Assembly (NCBI GenBank): GCA_965231135.1
Contig: OZ246419.1
Coordinates: 513,488-577,487 of the forward strand
Reading direction: 5' to 3'
Length of the DNA stretch: 64,000 nt
From: an uncultured Gammaproteobacteria bacterium
Lineage (GTDB): Bacteria; Patescibacteriota; Microgenomatia; UBA8517
Shown here: positions 8,835 through 18,669 of the stretch, in pieces
Numbering within the stretch: the first letter of the stretch is position 1
How the letters are laid out: each line of letters opens with the position of its first letter
Notes under the pieces: model-generated
Databases searched by the model: none
What the model saw: the letters and a program-made list of their open reading frames with translations, nothing else
What the model was told of the DNA's origin: nothing
Made by a program: the position numbers and the translations under genes

Positions 8835-10370
8835 TCAAGGATTTATTGCAACCCATGGAGAGCTATCTGGATTTTCTCGGGAAGCTGCCGGGCTATCTCC
8901 CTGGGTCCACCATTTTGCTTGGTAAGGGACTCCATTTAAAATTACTTTAGAACCTGCTTCGTAAATTGCAGTTCCTGACCACTGGGGATAAGTTCCTGGA
9001 GCAACTGTTGGAACTGGAATTGGCGTTTCACCTGGTAAGACTGGACCAACTAATTGCCAAGGAGTCTGGAAAGATTGCAAAACTGGATTATCTGGAAGAT
9101 CGCCCTGGGTCCACCATTTTGCAACATAAACATTGTGATGCCAGACAATTTTTGTACCTTCTAAATATGTAGCGTCAGCTGACCAGATTTGGTAAGGACT
9201 TGTAGCTGGGTCGTCTGGGGTTTCAATATCTTTTTGGTCTGCGACAGTTGTTTTTGCAGCACTATCAGAAATTTTTCCAGATAAACCTGCCTGCAAAAGA
9301 TTGCTAAACGCAAACTTGTCTTCTTTGACTCCGCTACAGGAATCGGAAACGATTTGTGTATTTACATAATTTTCGCCACACTCGATATCACGATTAGCTG
9401 ACCACATAGAAAGCCTTGCAATCTGATTTTGCTCTATAAATGTATTTAAAACTTTTGCATCATCAAGAGTAAAGACCTCGTCTTCGGTATCATTTTGGCC
9501 AATCATTGGAGTTGCTCCAATTTTTCCCCAAATTGATGCACTATTTAAATGAATTCCTGCATTGTCATATAGAATTCCTAACTGCCTATGAGTATTATTT
9601 AAGGCATCAGTATTTGCTTCCTGCAAACTTCCATTTGCTGGAAGAGTTCCATAATCCATAGTCATTACATTTACTCCGGCCAAATCAACTCCGCTATTTA
9701 GCATTGTGGTGATTGCATCTGTTCCATCCTCGGTTAATCCGTTTGGAGCAACTGGCAAAGTTAACCAGACTGCTAAAGATTTATTTTGATTTTTCATGTC
9801 TTTTTGTAATTTGGCAATAGTGTCAGCTCTTCTTTTCATCGCGTCTTTATTTTGTAAATTACTTCCTTCGATATCTAAATCAATAGTGTCAACGCTGTAA
9901 TGGGCGATTACGCTTTTATAAGCATTATATAAATCGCTTTCTTTGGTACAGTTGATTGCAAGCTCGTCGTTTAACTGCCCTCCAAAAGAAATGGCGATAT
10001 TGCCGCCCAATTGTCTAAATCTTGCGATTCTTCGATCTAAATCTAATTTTGAATTTGCATCGTTAATTGTGTAGGCATTTCCCCATGAAGGAGTACAAGG
10101 ATTTGTGCTATCTGAAACAATAAAAGATAAAACAATATTTTTATTTATACTTGCATTGTCTGTCTGCTCAAAACTAAATGAAGGCGTAGCCGTAATATCA
10201 ACATACGGAGCAAACCAGGGGTTTGACTGAATGGTTGGTTTTTCTGCTTTGATTTTGTTCCACCCTAAAAATGCGCCGTAAGAAATTGCGCCTAATATTA
10301 ATAAGCCCAAAAATAATCTTGGAATTGATAATCTTTTACCTTCGTGCATCAGGATAAAACTCCTTTCCAA
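8835..10370 (-). CDS. GH18 family chitinase with two C-terminal CBM5/12 chitin-binding modules
   Basis: Catalytic DTIDLDIEG (DxDxDxE) and MDYG motifs. Two repeats YxxGxxV...Y.AKWWTQGD.P typical of CBM5/12. N-terminal TM/signal anchor. Confidence 0.8.
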   Translation of the reverse strand: MERSFILMHEGKRLSIPRLFLGLLILGAISYGAFLGWNKIKAEKPTIQSNPWFAPYVDITATPSFSFEQTDNASINKNIVLSFIVSDSTNPCTPSWGNAYTINDANSKLDLDRRIARFRQLGGNIAISFGGQLNDELAINCTKESDLYNAYKSVIAHYSVDTIDLDIEGSNLQNKDAMKRRADTIAKLQKDMKNQNKSLAVWLTLPVAPNGLTEDGTDAITTMLNSGVDLAGVNVMTMDYGTLPANGSLQEANTDALNNTHRQLGILYDNAGIHLNSASIWGKIGATPMIGQNDTEDEVFTLDDAKVLNTFIEQNQIARLSMWSANRDIECGENYVNTQIVSDSCSGVKEDKFAFSNLLQAGLSGKISDSAAKTTVADQKDIETPDDPATSPYQIWSADATYLEGTKIVWHHNVYVAKWWTQGDLPDNPVLQSFQTPWQLVGPVLPGETPIPVPTVAPGTYPQWSGTAIYEAGSKVILNGVPYQAKWWTQGDSPAASRENPDSSPWVAINP

Positions 10371-12475
10371 TCAATTTCTTGTTTTGGTTCAGTTTTTATT
10401 GGTTCTGCTTTTTCTTCTCTCTTGGCATCAACATACATCCAATTTGTTAAACCAAGATAAGTATCTGTTAGTAAATCAAAAAGACCAATGTATGCGACAA
10501 TTGCCCAAGTTGCGGCTAGTGCATTAAAAGCTGCAAAGGCTGCATTGCCCCAATTACTAATAAGAACATTTCTGTAAATTGTAAAAACTGAGAAAGCTAC
10601 AATTAAAACCGGGACAATAACATAAATCATTCCTGAAGCTGTTCTATTTTTAACCTTAGGAGTTCTAGCAAAAGGAATTTTCTTTCCTGTTACTGCCTGC
10701 TCAACTGATTTGATAACTCCAGCTAAATTAACTGGAAGCATAATTAAATTAAATCCGTAAATTCTAAAAATATCGCTATATTTATAGCCGCAATACTTCA
10801 AATCAGAAGCCTGCGCAATAAAATAGGGAAGCGCTGCAAGCAAAACTAACGGGCTAAGCAACCTTCCATCATAAGGATAGGCAAGAAGAAAAATTAAACC
10901 AAAAGTTGCCCAGGCAATTGAGGCAAGATAATTCATACGTAGCATTACTTCCAATTTTGATTTTTTATTTGCCTGCGCAAGTAATTTTGGCATGATAATT
11001 AAACCACCGTTTGCCCATCTACGGCGCTGAACAACTAATGAACCGAAATCAGGAGGAGTTGCGCTGTAGCTTAATCTTTCCGGATAATTTACAAGATCCC
11101 AACCTTTTGAAGTCATATCAATACTTGATTCAGTATCTTCTATAACTGTGCGGTCTTGGATGTATCTTTTGATTACATTTCCGTTTTCATTGTCATATTC
11201 GACAATGTCATCAAGAGCATTTTTTCTAATAATTGCATTTGCTCCAACCCAGAAAGTGGCTCCATACTGAGTCATTCCCTGATGCAAAATATGCTGAATG
11301 TCTGTAGTTGCACCAGCTAATCTTTCAATACGAGAAAAAGCGCCTCTAAAAGATGAATAAGGAGTTTGAGTGACTGCAACTTTGCTGTTTTGCGGCTGCA
11401 TTAAAAAGTAAACTAAACGTAAACAATATTCCGGAAGAAGAACAGAATCAGCATCAAGGGTTAATAAAAATTCACTATCGGGAATTAATTTTCCTTCAAA
11501 CTTTGTTCCCATTATTCCAATATAAGAATTTAAATTCATGGCCTTATTTGCTTCCTGTGAAAGAGTTGGGTGAAGTTTTCTTTCAAAAGAAGTTAATTTT
11601 CCTTCAAATATCCAGGTCAATCTTTCGTAAAGCTCGAAAACGCGATCGTATGAAAGCTTACCATCTTCCTGCATGGAAATTTCTAAAGCTTCTTCTATTT
11701 TAGTAAGGTCAACAGCTAATTTTCTTAAAACTTCGTTGGCAAAGAAAATATCGACATGATCTTCAATTTTTTCTTCATCTGCCATTTTATTAAGCCAGCG
11801 TGCTGCAAACCTGTATTCGTTGGCTAAATTTCTAATAGCTTTTTTATTGACAGTTTTATTTCTTTTAAACTCGTTGAATGACTTTTGAACTCGTTTGTAC
11901 GGTCCTGATAAGAGTTTTTCAATTTCAATTGGTAAGTTTCTTGCGTCATCTAAGCGTTTTGCATCTTCTGGATTTTTGGGATTTGGATTATTGTCGATTA
12001 ATAAAACTACATTTGTTTTTGGATATTCCTGCAAAACTGCAGATAAAAGAGTTTTACGAATGACAGATTTTTCTTCATTATAAGATGGGACTAAAACTGT
12101 AATTCCTGGTTTATTTTTACTAAAAAATTTATCAAGAATGCTTCTTGCAACTCTTTCGTGCTTTGCAAATCTTTTAAGTGCACCGTGGCGTTCTATAAGA
12201 TAGATTAAAGATGAGAAAGTAAGGAAAGTGACAACAAGGGCGTAGCTAAAAGCTTCCATAGTAAAGTGATAGCTTTGTGGCCCGTCGATAAGCTGCCTAA
12301 TGATAATTGAAAAAATATAAAGGACCCAAAAAACAACTGTTAAGACGATCGCGACACGGCTTAAAGTCAATTTAAAAGGGGATGGCTTGGCATGCAAAAA
12401 AGAAAGAGGGGTAGTATTTTTTTCTGCACCCCACTGATGTTTGCGGACAAGCTTTTTCTGAGACATAACCATCAA
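10349..12475 (-). CDS. processive family-2 glycosyltransferase, chitin-synthase-like (QTP / TED / QRRRW motifs)
   Basis: VLVPSYNEE, DADS, VTQTPYSSF, VIEDTES and QRRRWANG motifs. Multiple TM helices at both ends. About 150-aa coiled-coil insertion inside the GT-A domain. Confidence 0.75.
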   Translation of the reverse strand: MMVMSQKKLVRKHQWGAEKNTTPLSFLHAKPSPFKLTLSRVAIVLTVVFWVLYIFSIIIRQLIDGPQSYHFTMEAFSYALVVTFLTFSSLIYLIERHGALKRFAKHERVARSILDKFFSKNKPGITVLVPSYNEEKSVIRKTLLSAVLQEYPKTNVVLLIDNNPNPKNPEDAKRLDDARNLPIEIEKLLSGPYKRVQKSFNEFKRNKTVNKKAIRNLANEYRFAARWLNKMADEEKIEDHVDIFFANEVLRKLAVDLTKIEEALEISMQEDGKLSYDRVFELYERLTWIFEGKLTSFERKLHPTLSQEANKAMNLNSYIGIMGTKFEGKLIPDSEFLLTLDADSVLLPEYCLRLVYFLMQPQNSKVAVTQTPYSSFRGAFSRIERLAGATTDIQHILHQGMTQYGATFWVGANAIIRKNALDDIVEYDNENGNVIKRYIQDRTVIEDTESSIDMTSKGWDLVNYPERLSYSATPPDFGSLVVQRRRWANGGLIIMPKLLAQANKKSKLEVMLRMNYLASIAWATFGLIFLLAYPYDGRLLSPLVLLAALPYFIAQASDLKYCGYKYSDIFRIYGFNLIMLPVNLAGVIKSVEQAVTGKKIPFARTPKVKNRTASGMIYVIVPVLIVAFSVFTIYRNVLISNWGNAAFAAFNALAATWAIVAYIGLFDLLTDTYLGLTNWMYVDAKREEKAEPIKTEPKQEIDWKGVLS

Positions 12476-12506
12476 TTATAGGGTAGTTCTTGTGAAATTT
12501 CAAGAG

Positions 12507-14192
12507 CTAATAACAATAAAGAGTTGATGCAGAACTGGATACTAGCTTATTAATTTTTTTGCAGGGAAGGTTGGCCACTCTTTGAAATTTTATATTTTGT
12601 TCTGTTAGGAGTGTGTAGTTTGAGTAAAATTCCTGGGATTTTACTTTAAAGGTATTTCCCGAGTCTCTCATCTCTTCAAATTGTGTGTTTTCTGCCTGCA
12701 TTCCTAAAATATTAGTGTTTAACGCGGCAATGAAATATAGAGAATTATTGATAAATATAAGTGTGAAGATTGTAATTGAAAAGAATTTGGTAAATTTATT
12801 TTTATCAAAAGCAACAAGTATTGGAATCAATAAAACAAAAGGTATTAATTCAATTTGAGATACATAACGAAGAAGGTTTGGAGTTGGAACAACTAAACTT
12901 GCAATTGTAATAAGCGTAAAAGCAAAAAAAGATACATATATAGAATATTTTTGACGCATTGTATCTGCATTAAATGACATATATATAGTAAAAATAAAAC
13001 TTGCAAGAACTATTCCTGAGAAAAGAGGACCTGTTGCACCAACTCGATTATTGAAAAGTTTTGAAGCATCGTCAATCTCTTTAATACTAAAGGTAAAAGG
13101 TAATTTTAAATAAGCTCGATTCGAGATGCTTCTTGTATCGCCTGCACTTGCGACTTGCGATCTACCGAAAATTCCATAAACATAAAGAATGATTGGATTG
13201 GCGTATTTTAGATTTTGCGGAAGATTATTATATTTGACACTGCCGTTGAGAGCTGGAATGTTTGTTGGATAAAAAGGAGTTTGGTAAAAATAAATATTTT
13301 TAATATAAGGTATCCAGGAAAATATAAATGAAACAAGTATTACCAAAAAAATAAAAAGTTTTGCAGTTTTATTTAAGAAATATTCTTTGTTCATAAATCG
13401 ATTTATGACTATAACCATGAAGATTATGCCAAGAAGACCTGCAACTGGAAGCAAACTATATTTTGAACTTGCCAAAAATATTTCAGCGCTTATAAAGGAA
13501 ATTAAACTCCAATAGTTTTTCTTTTTAAGAATAAAGACAATAAGACTACTTATTGCAATTATTGTAATCTCGTAGGCAAGACCATCCTGCATAAAACTAA
13601 ATTGTTGATTTATAAATAATGGCTGAAAACAAACCAGAAATGAAAGAAACACCGATAGAAAAGTTTTAATTTTAATTTTTTTAAGTAAGATAAATGTAAA
13701 GAGCATTGCGATTAGCAAAAAGATAAAATTAATTATTTTTGCGGAATTAACTGACCCGACAACGTTGTAAATACTTGCTTCGATTTCCCAAGACATTGTT
13801 GGATATCCCTCGGCAAAAACTTGACTTGGAAGTCTAACTGGAAAATTTATAGTTTTTTGCCAAACCGGATTCCAACCTTTGGAGAGAGCAATTACTGCTG
13901 TTTGATGATATCCTTGACCATCCCAGCTTAAATCATATGTTTTTCCAATTAAAAGAGATAATCCAAGAAAAATAAACGAAGTAATTACAAATATTAATAG
14001 AGGTGTAAAGTTTTTTGTTTTATTCTTTTGTGTAAGAAAATAAATCGATAATATGAATATGTAAAAGAAAAAACTTATTGGAAGAGTATAAGATGAAATG
14101 GGGATTTTTAAGAAAAATCCGAGGCGGATGAGCAAGACCTCAAAAATAAAAAATTCAAAAAAAAGGAAAGTAAATTTCTCAATTTTCTTCAT
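12507..14192 (-). CDS. polytopic integral membrane protein (GT-C-like or polysaccharide-associated, function unknown)
   Basis: 561 aa with more than 10 predicted TM helices. Sits between the two processive GT2 genes. Confidence 0.5.
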   Translation of the reverse strand: MKKIEKFTFLFFEFFIFEVLLIRLGFFLKIPISSYTLPISFFFYIFILSIYFLTQKNKTKNFTPLLIFVITSFIFLGLSLLIGKTYDLSWDGQGYHQTAVIALSKGWNPVWQKTINFPVRLPSQVFAEGYPTMSWEIEASIYNVVGSVNSAKIINFIFLLIAMLFTFILLKKIKIKTFLSVFLSFLVCFQPLFINQQFSFMQDGLAYEITIIAISSLIVFILKKKNYWSLISFISAEIFLASSKYSLLPVAGLLGIIFMVIVINRFMNKEYFLNKTAKLFIFLVILVSFIFSWIPYIKNIYFYQTPFYPTNIPALNGSVKYNNLPQNLKYANPIILYVYGIFGRSQVASAGDTRSISNRAYLKLPFTFSIKEIDDASKLFNNRVGATGPLFSGIVLASFIFTIYMSFNADTMRQKYSIYVSFFAFTLITIASLVVPTPNLLRYVSQIELIPFVLLIPILVAFDKNKFTKFFSITIFTLIFINNSLYFIAALNTNILGMQAENTQFEEMRDSGNTFKVKSQEFYSNYTLLTEQNIKFQRVANLPCKKINKLVSSSASTLYCY

Positions 14193-14277
14193 GAGACTTG
14201 ACTATAAAATCCTTTAATACACAATTCTTACAAATTATTGTAATAAATTTGTAAACTTCAGCTTATTCTTAAGCTTC

Positions 14278-16281
14278 ATGTGGGAAAGTGATCTTAAATT
14301 AGATAAATATATTTATGTTCGCGATAACCCGCTTTTAATAAAAACACTTGGTCTTGTAGGTCTTGTGACAACATTAATTATGGCCTACGGGTTTTGGAAA
14401 TTTTTTCATGTAAGTATTTTTTATTTAATTTTTTTTGGACCAATTGTTTTTATTTTTATTGTAAATAAAGTTTTAAGATATGCGATACAGTTGTTTTATC
14501 CAAAGTTTGACATAGAGCGTCATGAAGAATTCGTCTCAAACTTTTGGGCAACTCATGAAGAACCGTCTGTCGATATTTTTTTGCCTTGGGCAGGCGAAGA
14601 CTTAAAAATACACGAAGAAGTTGTAAAAGCTGTTAATAATTTAAATTATAAAAATTTTAAAGTATACATGCTTGATGATGGAGGATTGCCAGAACATAAA
14701 AGTCTTGCTGATAAGTATAAATTTAATCATTTACAGCGACCAAATAGGGGTGAATTTAAAAAATCTGGAAATTTACAATATGGGTACGATCATTCTTCTG
14801 GAGAGTTTGTATTTATACTTGATGCAGATTTTATTCCAACACGTGATAGTTTACATGACCTAATTCCTTATATCGCAAGCGATAATCAAATGGGAATTTT
14901 ACAAACTCCTCAGTATTTTGAGCAAACAAAAAAAGTGCATAAAAGGTCTGCAATAGAGTTTGGGGGAGGAAATATTGTTGAGGAGTTTTATAAAATTAAT
15001 TTGCCATGCCGAGATGTATTTAGAGCTTCAATGTGTGTTGGTACTTCAGCAATTTACAGGCGAACTGCAATTATGAAACTTGAAGGAACTCCAAAAGTGC
15101 ATGCAAGCGAAGACCTTGCGACTGGACTTCTTGTTACACAACATGGATATTATGTTAAATATTTGCCACTTATTTGCAGCATGGGTACGAGCCCTGAAAC
15201 TTTTCAAGGATATTTTAAACAACATCAAAGATGGTGTAGCGGAAATATTGTTTTTGCAAAATATTGGCCTCAGGCAAGACTTAATCCTATTGCAAGAATT
15301 ATTTATTTATCAAACCCCAGTTATTATTTGGCCGAAGCTTTGGGGATATTTTTCTCTTTTCAGTTTTTAGCACTTTTATATTTCAATGGAAATACATTAA
15401 ACATTCGTAATGTCATCTATTTTTTGCCTTATCTTTTTTACAGCCGAGTTTTGGTTCCGCTTTCTAAAACTAATAAAAATAAACTAGGGACAAGACTTGC
15501 AGCGCTTTCGAATGCGTATACATATATTTATACATACATTCACATGATTGTTTCTGGTGTTCCAAAATGGCATCCGACTGGAGTGAAAATTACAAAAATG
15601 CACAAAGATTTTTTGCATGCAATAGATATTGGAATAGTTTTGTCTTCCGTTTTTATAATCTCTTTTTTATTTGTAATATTTAAAAGACCTCAAATACTTG
15701 GAAACTATAATGCATATTTGATTTTGGGATGGGCTGTTTATTCGGCATTTTGGCACGGAGTTTTTTTGTTTCTTGCTTCAAGATTTATTTTGCAAAACAC
15801 TATTTCTGATGCAAACAGCCCTTTCAAAAAGATTTATCTTTATACAAAAAGCCATTTGTCCATTTTGTTAATAATTATTCTTTTTGGGGCACTTATTTTT
15901 AATGCAACTATTGCTTTTAAAAATCCAGATGCACCAACAGTTCTTGCATTGAACGAGCTGACTGGTAGAGATACAACTAGAATTGCTTTAAATACTTCTT
16001 CTCCGACTTCAAACCAAATTGTTGTTGCTCCAAATCAGACACCTGCGACTTTTAAATATAAAGCGCAAAAGGGAGATTCACTTACAAAATTGGCTGTTAA
16101 CGCAATAAGAGATTATGAGAAAACAAACAAAATGAGTTTAACGGCTAAGCAAGAAAATTTTGCTGCGGCGAAAATTGTCGCAAATATAACTAAGAAAGGA
16201 ATATTAAAAATTGGAGATGAAATTGATTTTGATCCAGTACTTCTTAATAAAGAAATTACTGTGGCAGAGAATATTCGCTAG
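14278..16281 (+). CDS. processive family-2 glycosyltransferase (cellulose/chitin synthase-like) with C-terminal LysM-like domain
   Basis: YMLDDGG, ILDADF, QHQRWCSGN (QxxRW) motifs. N- and C-terminal TM helices. C-terminal YKAQKGDSLTKLA resembles a LysM motif. Confidence 0.7.
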   Translation: MWESDLKLDKYIYVRDNPLLIKTLGLVGLVTTLIMAYGFWKFFHVSIFYLIFFGPIVFIFIVNKVLRYAIQLFYPKFDIERHEEFVSNFWATHEEPSVDIFLPWAGEDLKIHEEVVKAVNNLNYKNFKVYMLDDGGLPEHKSLADKYKFNHLQRPNRGEFKKSGNLQYGYDHSSGEFVFILDADFIPTRDSLHDLIPYIASDNQMGILQTPQYFEQTKKVHKRSAIEFGGGNIVEEFYKINLPCRDVFRASMCVGTSAIYRRTAIMKLEGTPKVHASEDLATGLLVTQHGYYVKYLPLICSMGTSPETFQGYFKQHQRWCSGNIVFAKYWPQARLNPIARIIYLSNPSYYLAEALGIFFSFQFLALLYFNGNTLNIRNVIYFLPYLFYSRVLVPLSKTNKNKLGTRLAALSNAYTYIYTYIHMIVSGVPKWHPTGVKITKMHKDFLHAIDIGIVLSSVFIISFLFVIFKRPQILGNYNAYLILGWAVYSAFWHGVFLFLASRFILQNTISDANSPFKKIYLYTKSHLSILLIIILFGALIFNATIAFKNPDAPTVLALNELTGRDTTRIALNTSSPTSNQIVVAPNQTPATFKYKAQKGDSLTKLAVNAIRDYEKTNKMSLTAKQENFAAAKIVANITKKGILKIGDEIDFDPVLLNKEITVAENIR

Positions 16282-17260
16282 AATAAATTGTATTATTTAA
16301 GCCAGATTTTACAGAGTTAATATAATTAGTTGATTTTTCAATCCTCCAGTCAACTTCACCAAGATTAGATTTGTCTTCGTTAAAGAAGATAATTGCTTTG
16401 ATTTGTGGAAATGTGTCTGGAAGTTCTGTAAGTAATTGTGAAAGCCAAGTCGCTTTGTAATCATTTGGCACAGAATTTGTTTCTGATAACATAATTGGTT
16501 TTGCAGTTATGCTAGTTAATTCCTGATATGATTGCTCAAATACATTTTTAAAGGGAGTTTTTCCCCAATTGTAGCCATCAAGCGCAACCCAATCTACAAA
16601 GCCATCTCCTGGATAAAGCTCCTTATAGGGAATTGTGTTTTGTCCTGTTGTATTGAAAGATAAAACCCATTGGACGTTAATTGCACCGTTATTTTTTAAA
16701 ACATTATGAAAATGAATCCATGCATTTTTGAAATCATTGTTTGTGCTATTTAGCAAAGGAATGCTCCAATACATTTGGGGGAGATTCATTTCCCAAGCAA
16801 AACGAAGGAGGATCGGCTTATTGTAACTTTTTAAGTTGTCTGCAATTTCTTTTAGAAATTGGTCGCAAGAACCACTGGCAATTTTTTGATATAGATTATC
16901 TTCTTTTTTTCCTGGACAGCCAGCAAAAAAATAGGGATTTGAACTTACCATTGGTACCCAACCATGTGAAGAGATCTGGTTTAAATTATTTATAAATTCG
17001 GGGCTTGCTAAATATTCCCAACCGTCGTAAAAATTAGCGATCGCCATTTTTTTACCGAGGGTATTTTGAAAATTAAAAAGAGGACTAATATTTAATTTTT
17101 GATTTTCCCAAAAACCTCCAACCCAGGCACCGACATAAATTTGTTTTTCGTTTTTTACCATATTTTGTTCTGGAACTGATTGTGTTTTTTGTTTTTCCTT
17201 AAATATGAAAAACAAGCTGATTACGGCAAAAAATAAAAGTGCATAAAAAATATTTTTCAT
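16256..17260 (-). CDS. secreted GH26-like glycoside hydrolase (mannanase/beta-glycanase family)
   Basis: Signal/TM at N-terminus. LLRFAWEMN matches the GH26 RFxHEMN catalytic-acid region. TIM-barrel-like pattern. Confidence 0.5.
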   Translation of the reverse strand: MKNIFYALLFFAVISLFFIFKEKQKTQSVPEQNMVKNEKQIYVGAWVGGFWENQKLNISPLFNFQNTLGKKMAIANFYDGWEYLASPEFINNLNQISSHGWVPMVSSNPYFFAGCPGKKEDNLYQKIASGSCDQFLKEIADNLKSYNKPILLRFAWEMNLPQMYWSIPLLNSTNNDFKNAWIHFHNVLKNNGAINVQWVLSFNTTGQNTIPYKELYPGDGFVDWVALDGYNWGKTPFKNVFEQSYQELTSITAKPIMLSETNSVPNDYKATWLSQLLTELPDTFPQIKAIIFFNEDKSNLGEVDWRIEKSTNYINSVKSGLNNTIYSSEYSLPQ

Positions 17261-17332
17261 ATTAACTTATATTAGAATATCATTTCTAATATTTTATTTG
17301 ATAAGACGATGAGGAAACCGCTAAGAACTAGA

Positions 17333-17542
17333 TTATTTTTGAGAGACTTGGCTGGAAACAGCTTGAACTGTTGTCTGATTGCCACCGTTTTGGTTTTGAA
17401 CTACAACCATCAAAGTAAAAAGTGCCATAAAAAGAAGACCAAATAAAACTACATAAGTAATTATTTTACTTTGCATCACTTCTTTTTCGTGATGAGCTAA
17501 AGTTTTGTGGTGTTTCTTTGCTTTTGCCATTTGTAATATCAT
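17333..17542 (-). CDS. small membrane protein
   Basis: 69 aa with a single TM helix. Confidence 0.3.
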   Translation of the reverse strand: MILQMAKAKKHHKTLAHHEKEVMQSKIITYVVLFGLLFMALFTLMVVVQNQNGGNQTTVQAVSSQVSQK

Positions 17543-17559
17543 ATTAGTAATATAGCTTT

Positions 17560-18204
17560 ATGGATGTCAAGAGGTATATTTTATTTGCAGCTGGAATCTT
17601 ATTTGGATTAAGCGTTGTCTTTATTTATAAAATAATTACAACTCACCCTGCAGAGCCAATCGGAAATATTGTGCAAAATATTGCAAAGCCTGACTTTGAT
17701 ATTTCCAAAGCTCCAAGCCAGTCTATTCAAGGAAAAATTTTATCTATGAGCGGAAATATTTTTTGGGAAAGCAGAACTGCAACAGAATCTTCACAAATAA
17801 GTTATCCGCAGATACTTCAACAGGGAGAAAGTTTGCAAACAGGAGATAACGGAAATGCGCAAGTTGAATTTCCAAATGAAGCAGAAATAATAATGGATGC
17901 AAAAACAGAAATTGATTTTATACAAACCCTGCCAACAGAGTTTGTTGTAAATATTGCAAGCGGATCGGCGACATTTACAAAATTAAACGACCCTCTGGAA
18001 ATAAGAGCTGGGCATTTATTGACAAAAATAAATAGCGGACAAACAAAAATTGGAATTGATGAAACAGGGAATATAAATTTGAATATCATAAGCGGATCAA
18101 TAACCAGCGCTTATAATGATCAAAATCTTGTTAGTCATGAAGAAGATTTTAATTCTCCACAAAGATTTACATTTGACGATTTGACAAGGAAATTTGTTTT
18201 TTGA
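17560..18204 (+). CDS. membrane-anchored beta-sandwich protein (FecR-like fold, function unknown)
   Basis: N-terminal TM helix, then beta-rich domain. Confidence 0.4.
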   Translation: MDVKRYILFAAGILFGLSVVFIYKIITTHPAEPIGNIVQNIAKPDFDISKAPSQSIQGKILSMSGNIFWESRTATESSQISYPQILQQGESLQTGDNGNAQVEFPNEAEIIMDAKTEIDFIQTLPTEFVVNIASGSATFTKLNDPLEIRAGHLLTKINSGQTKIGIDETGNINLNIISGSITSAYNDQNLVSHEEDFNSPQRFTFDDLTRKFVF

Positions 18205-18216
18205 TATCGTTAACTA

Positions 18217-18669
18217 ATGCAAAACGACTTTACACCTGACGCAACTCCAGATATTCATATTGGAACTGAGACAACTCCTGCGACAAATGGTACAAATCCA
18301 ACAATTCCGCCAGCCACTCCTCAGCCAACTACAACACCAATTAGCCCTGAACCAAGCCCGATAACTCCTATGCCTATGCCAAATGATTCGAAGAAAAAAA
18401 CAATGATGATGGTTTTAATTATTGTGATAATTATTGCTTTGCTTGCAATCGGCGGAGCAGTTTATTTTTTGCTTCTTAAAAAGCCAGCAACTGCAATTCC
18501 TACTTCAACTCCACAGGCAACTATGACTACTGCACCAACTACATCGCCAATATCTTCTTCAACGCCAGTACTGACACCTACACCAACAAGCACGGATAGC
18601 GCAACGATAGACATTAACTTGAATACAACTGCGACAACAAGCGCTACTCCTTCAGCAACTCCTCAATAG
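18217..18669 (+). CDS. Pro/Thr-rich single-pass membrane protein
   Basis: Central TM helix flanked by PT-rich low-complexity tails. Confidence 0.4.
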   Translation: MQNDFTPDATPDIHIGTETTPATNGTNPTIPPATPQPTTTPISPEPSPITPMPMPNDSKKKTMMMVLIIVIIIALLAIGGAVYFLLLKKPATAIPTSTPQATMTTAPTTSPISSSTPVLTPTPTSTDSATIDINLNTTATTSATPSATPQ

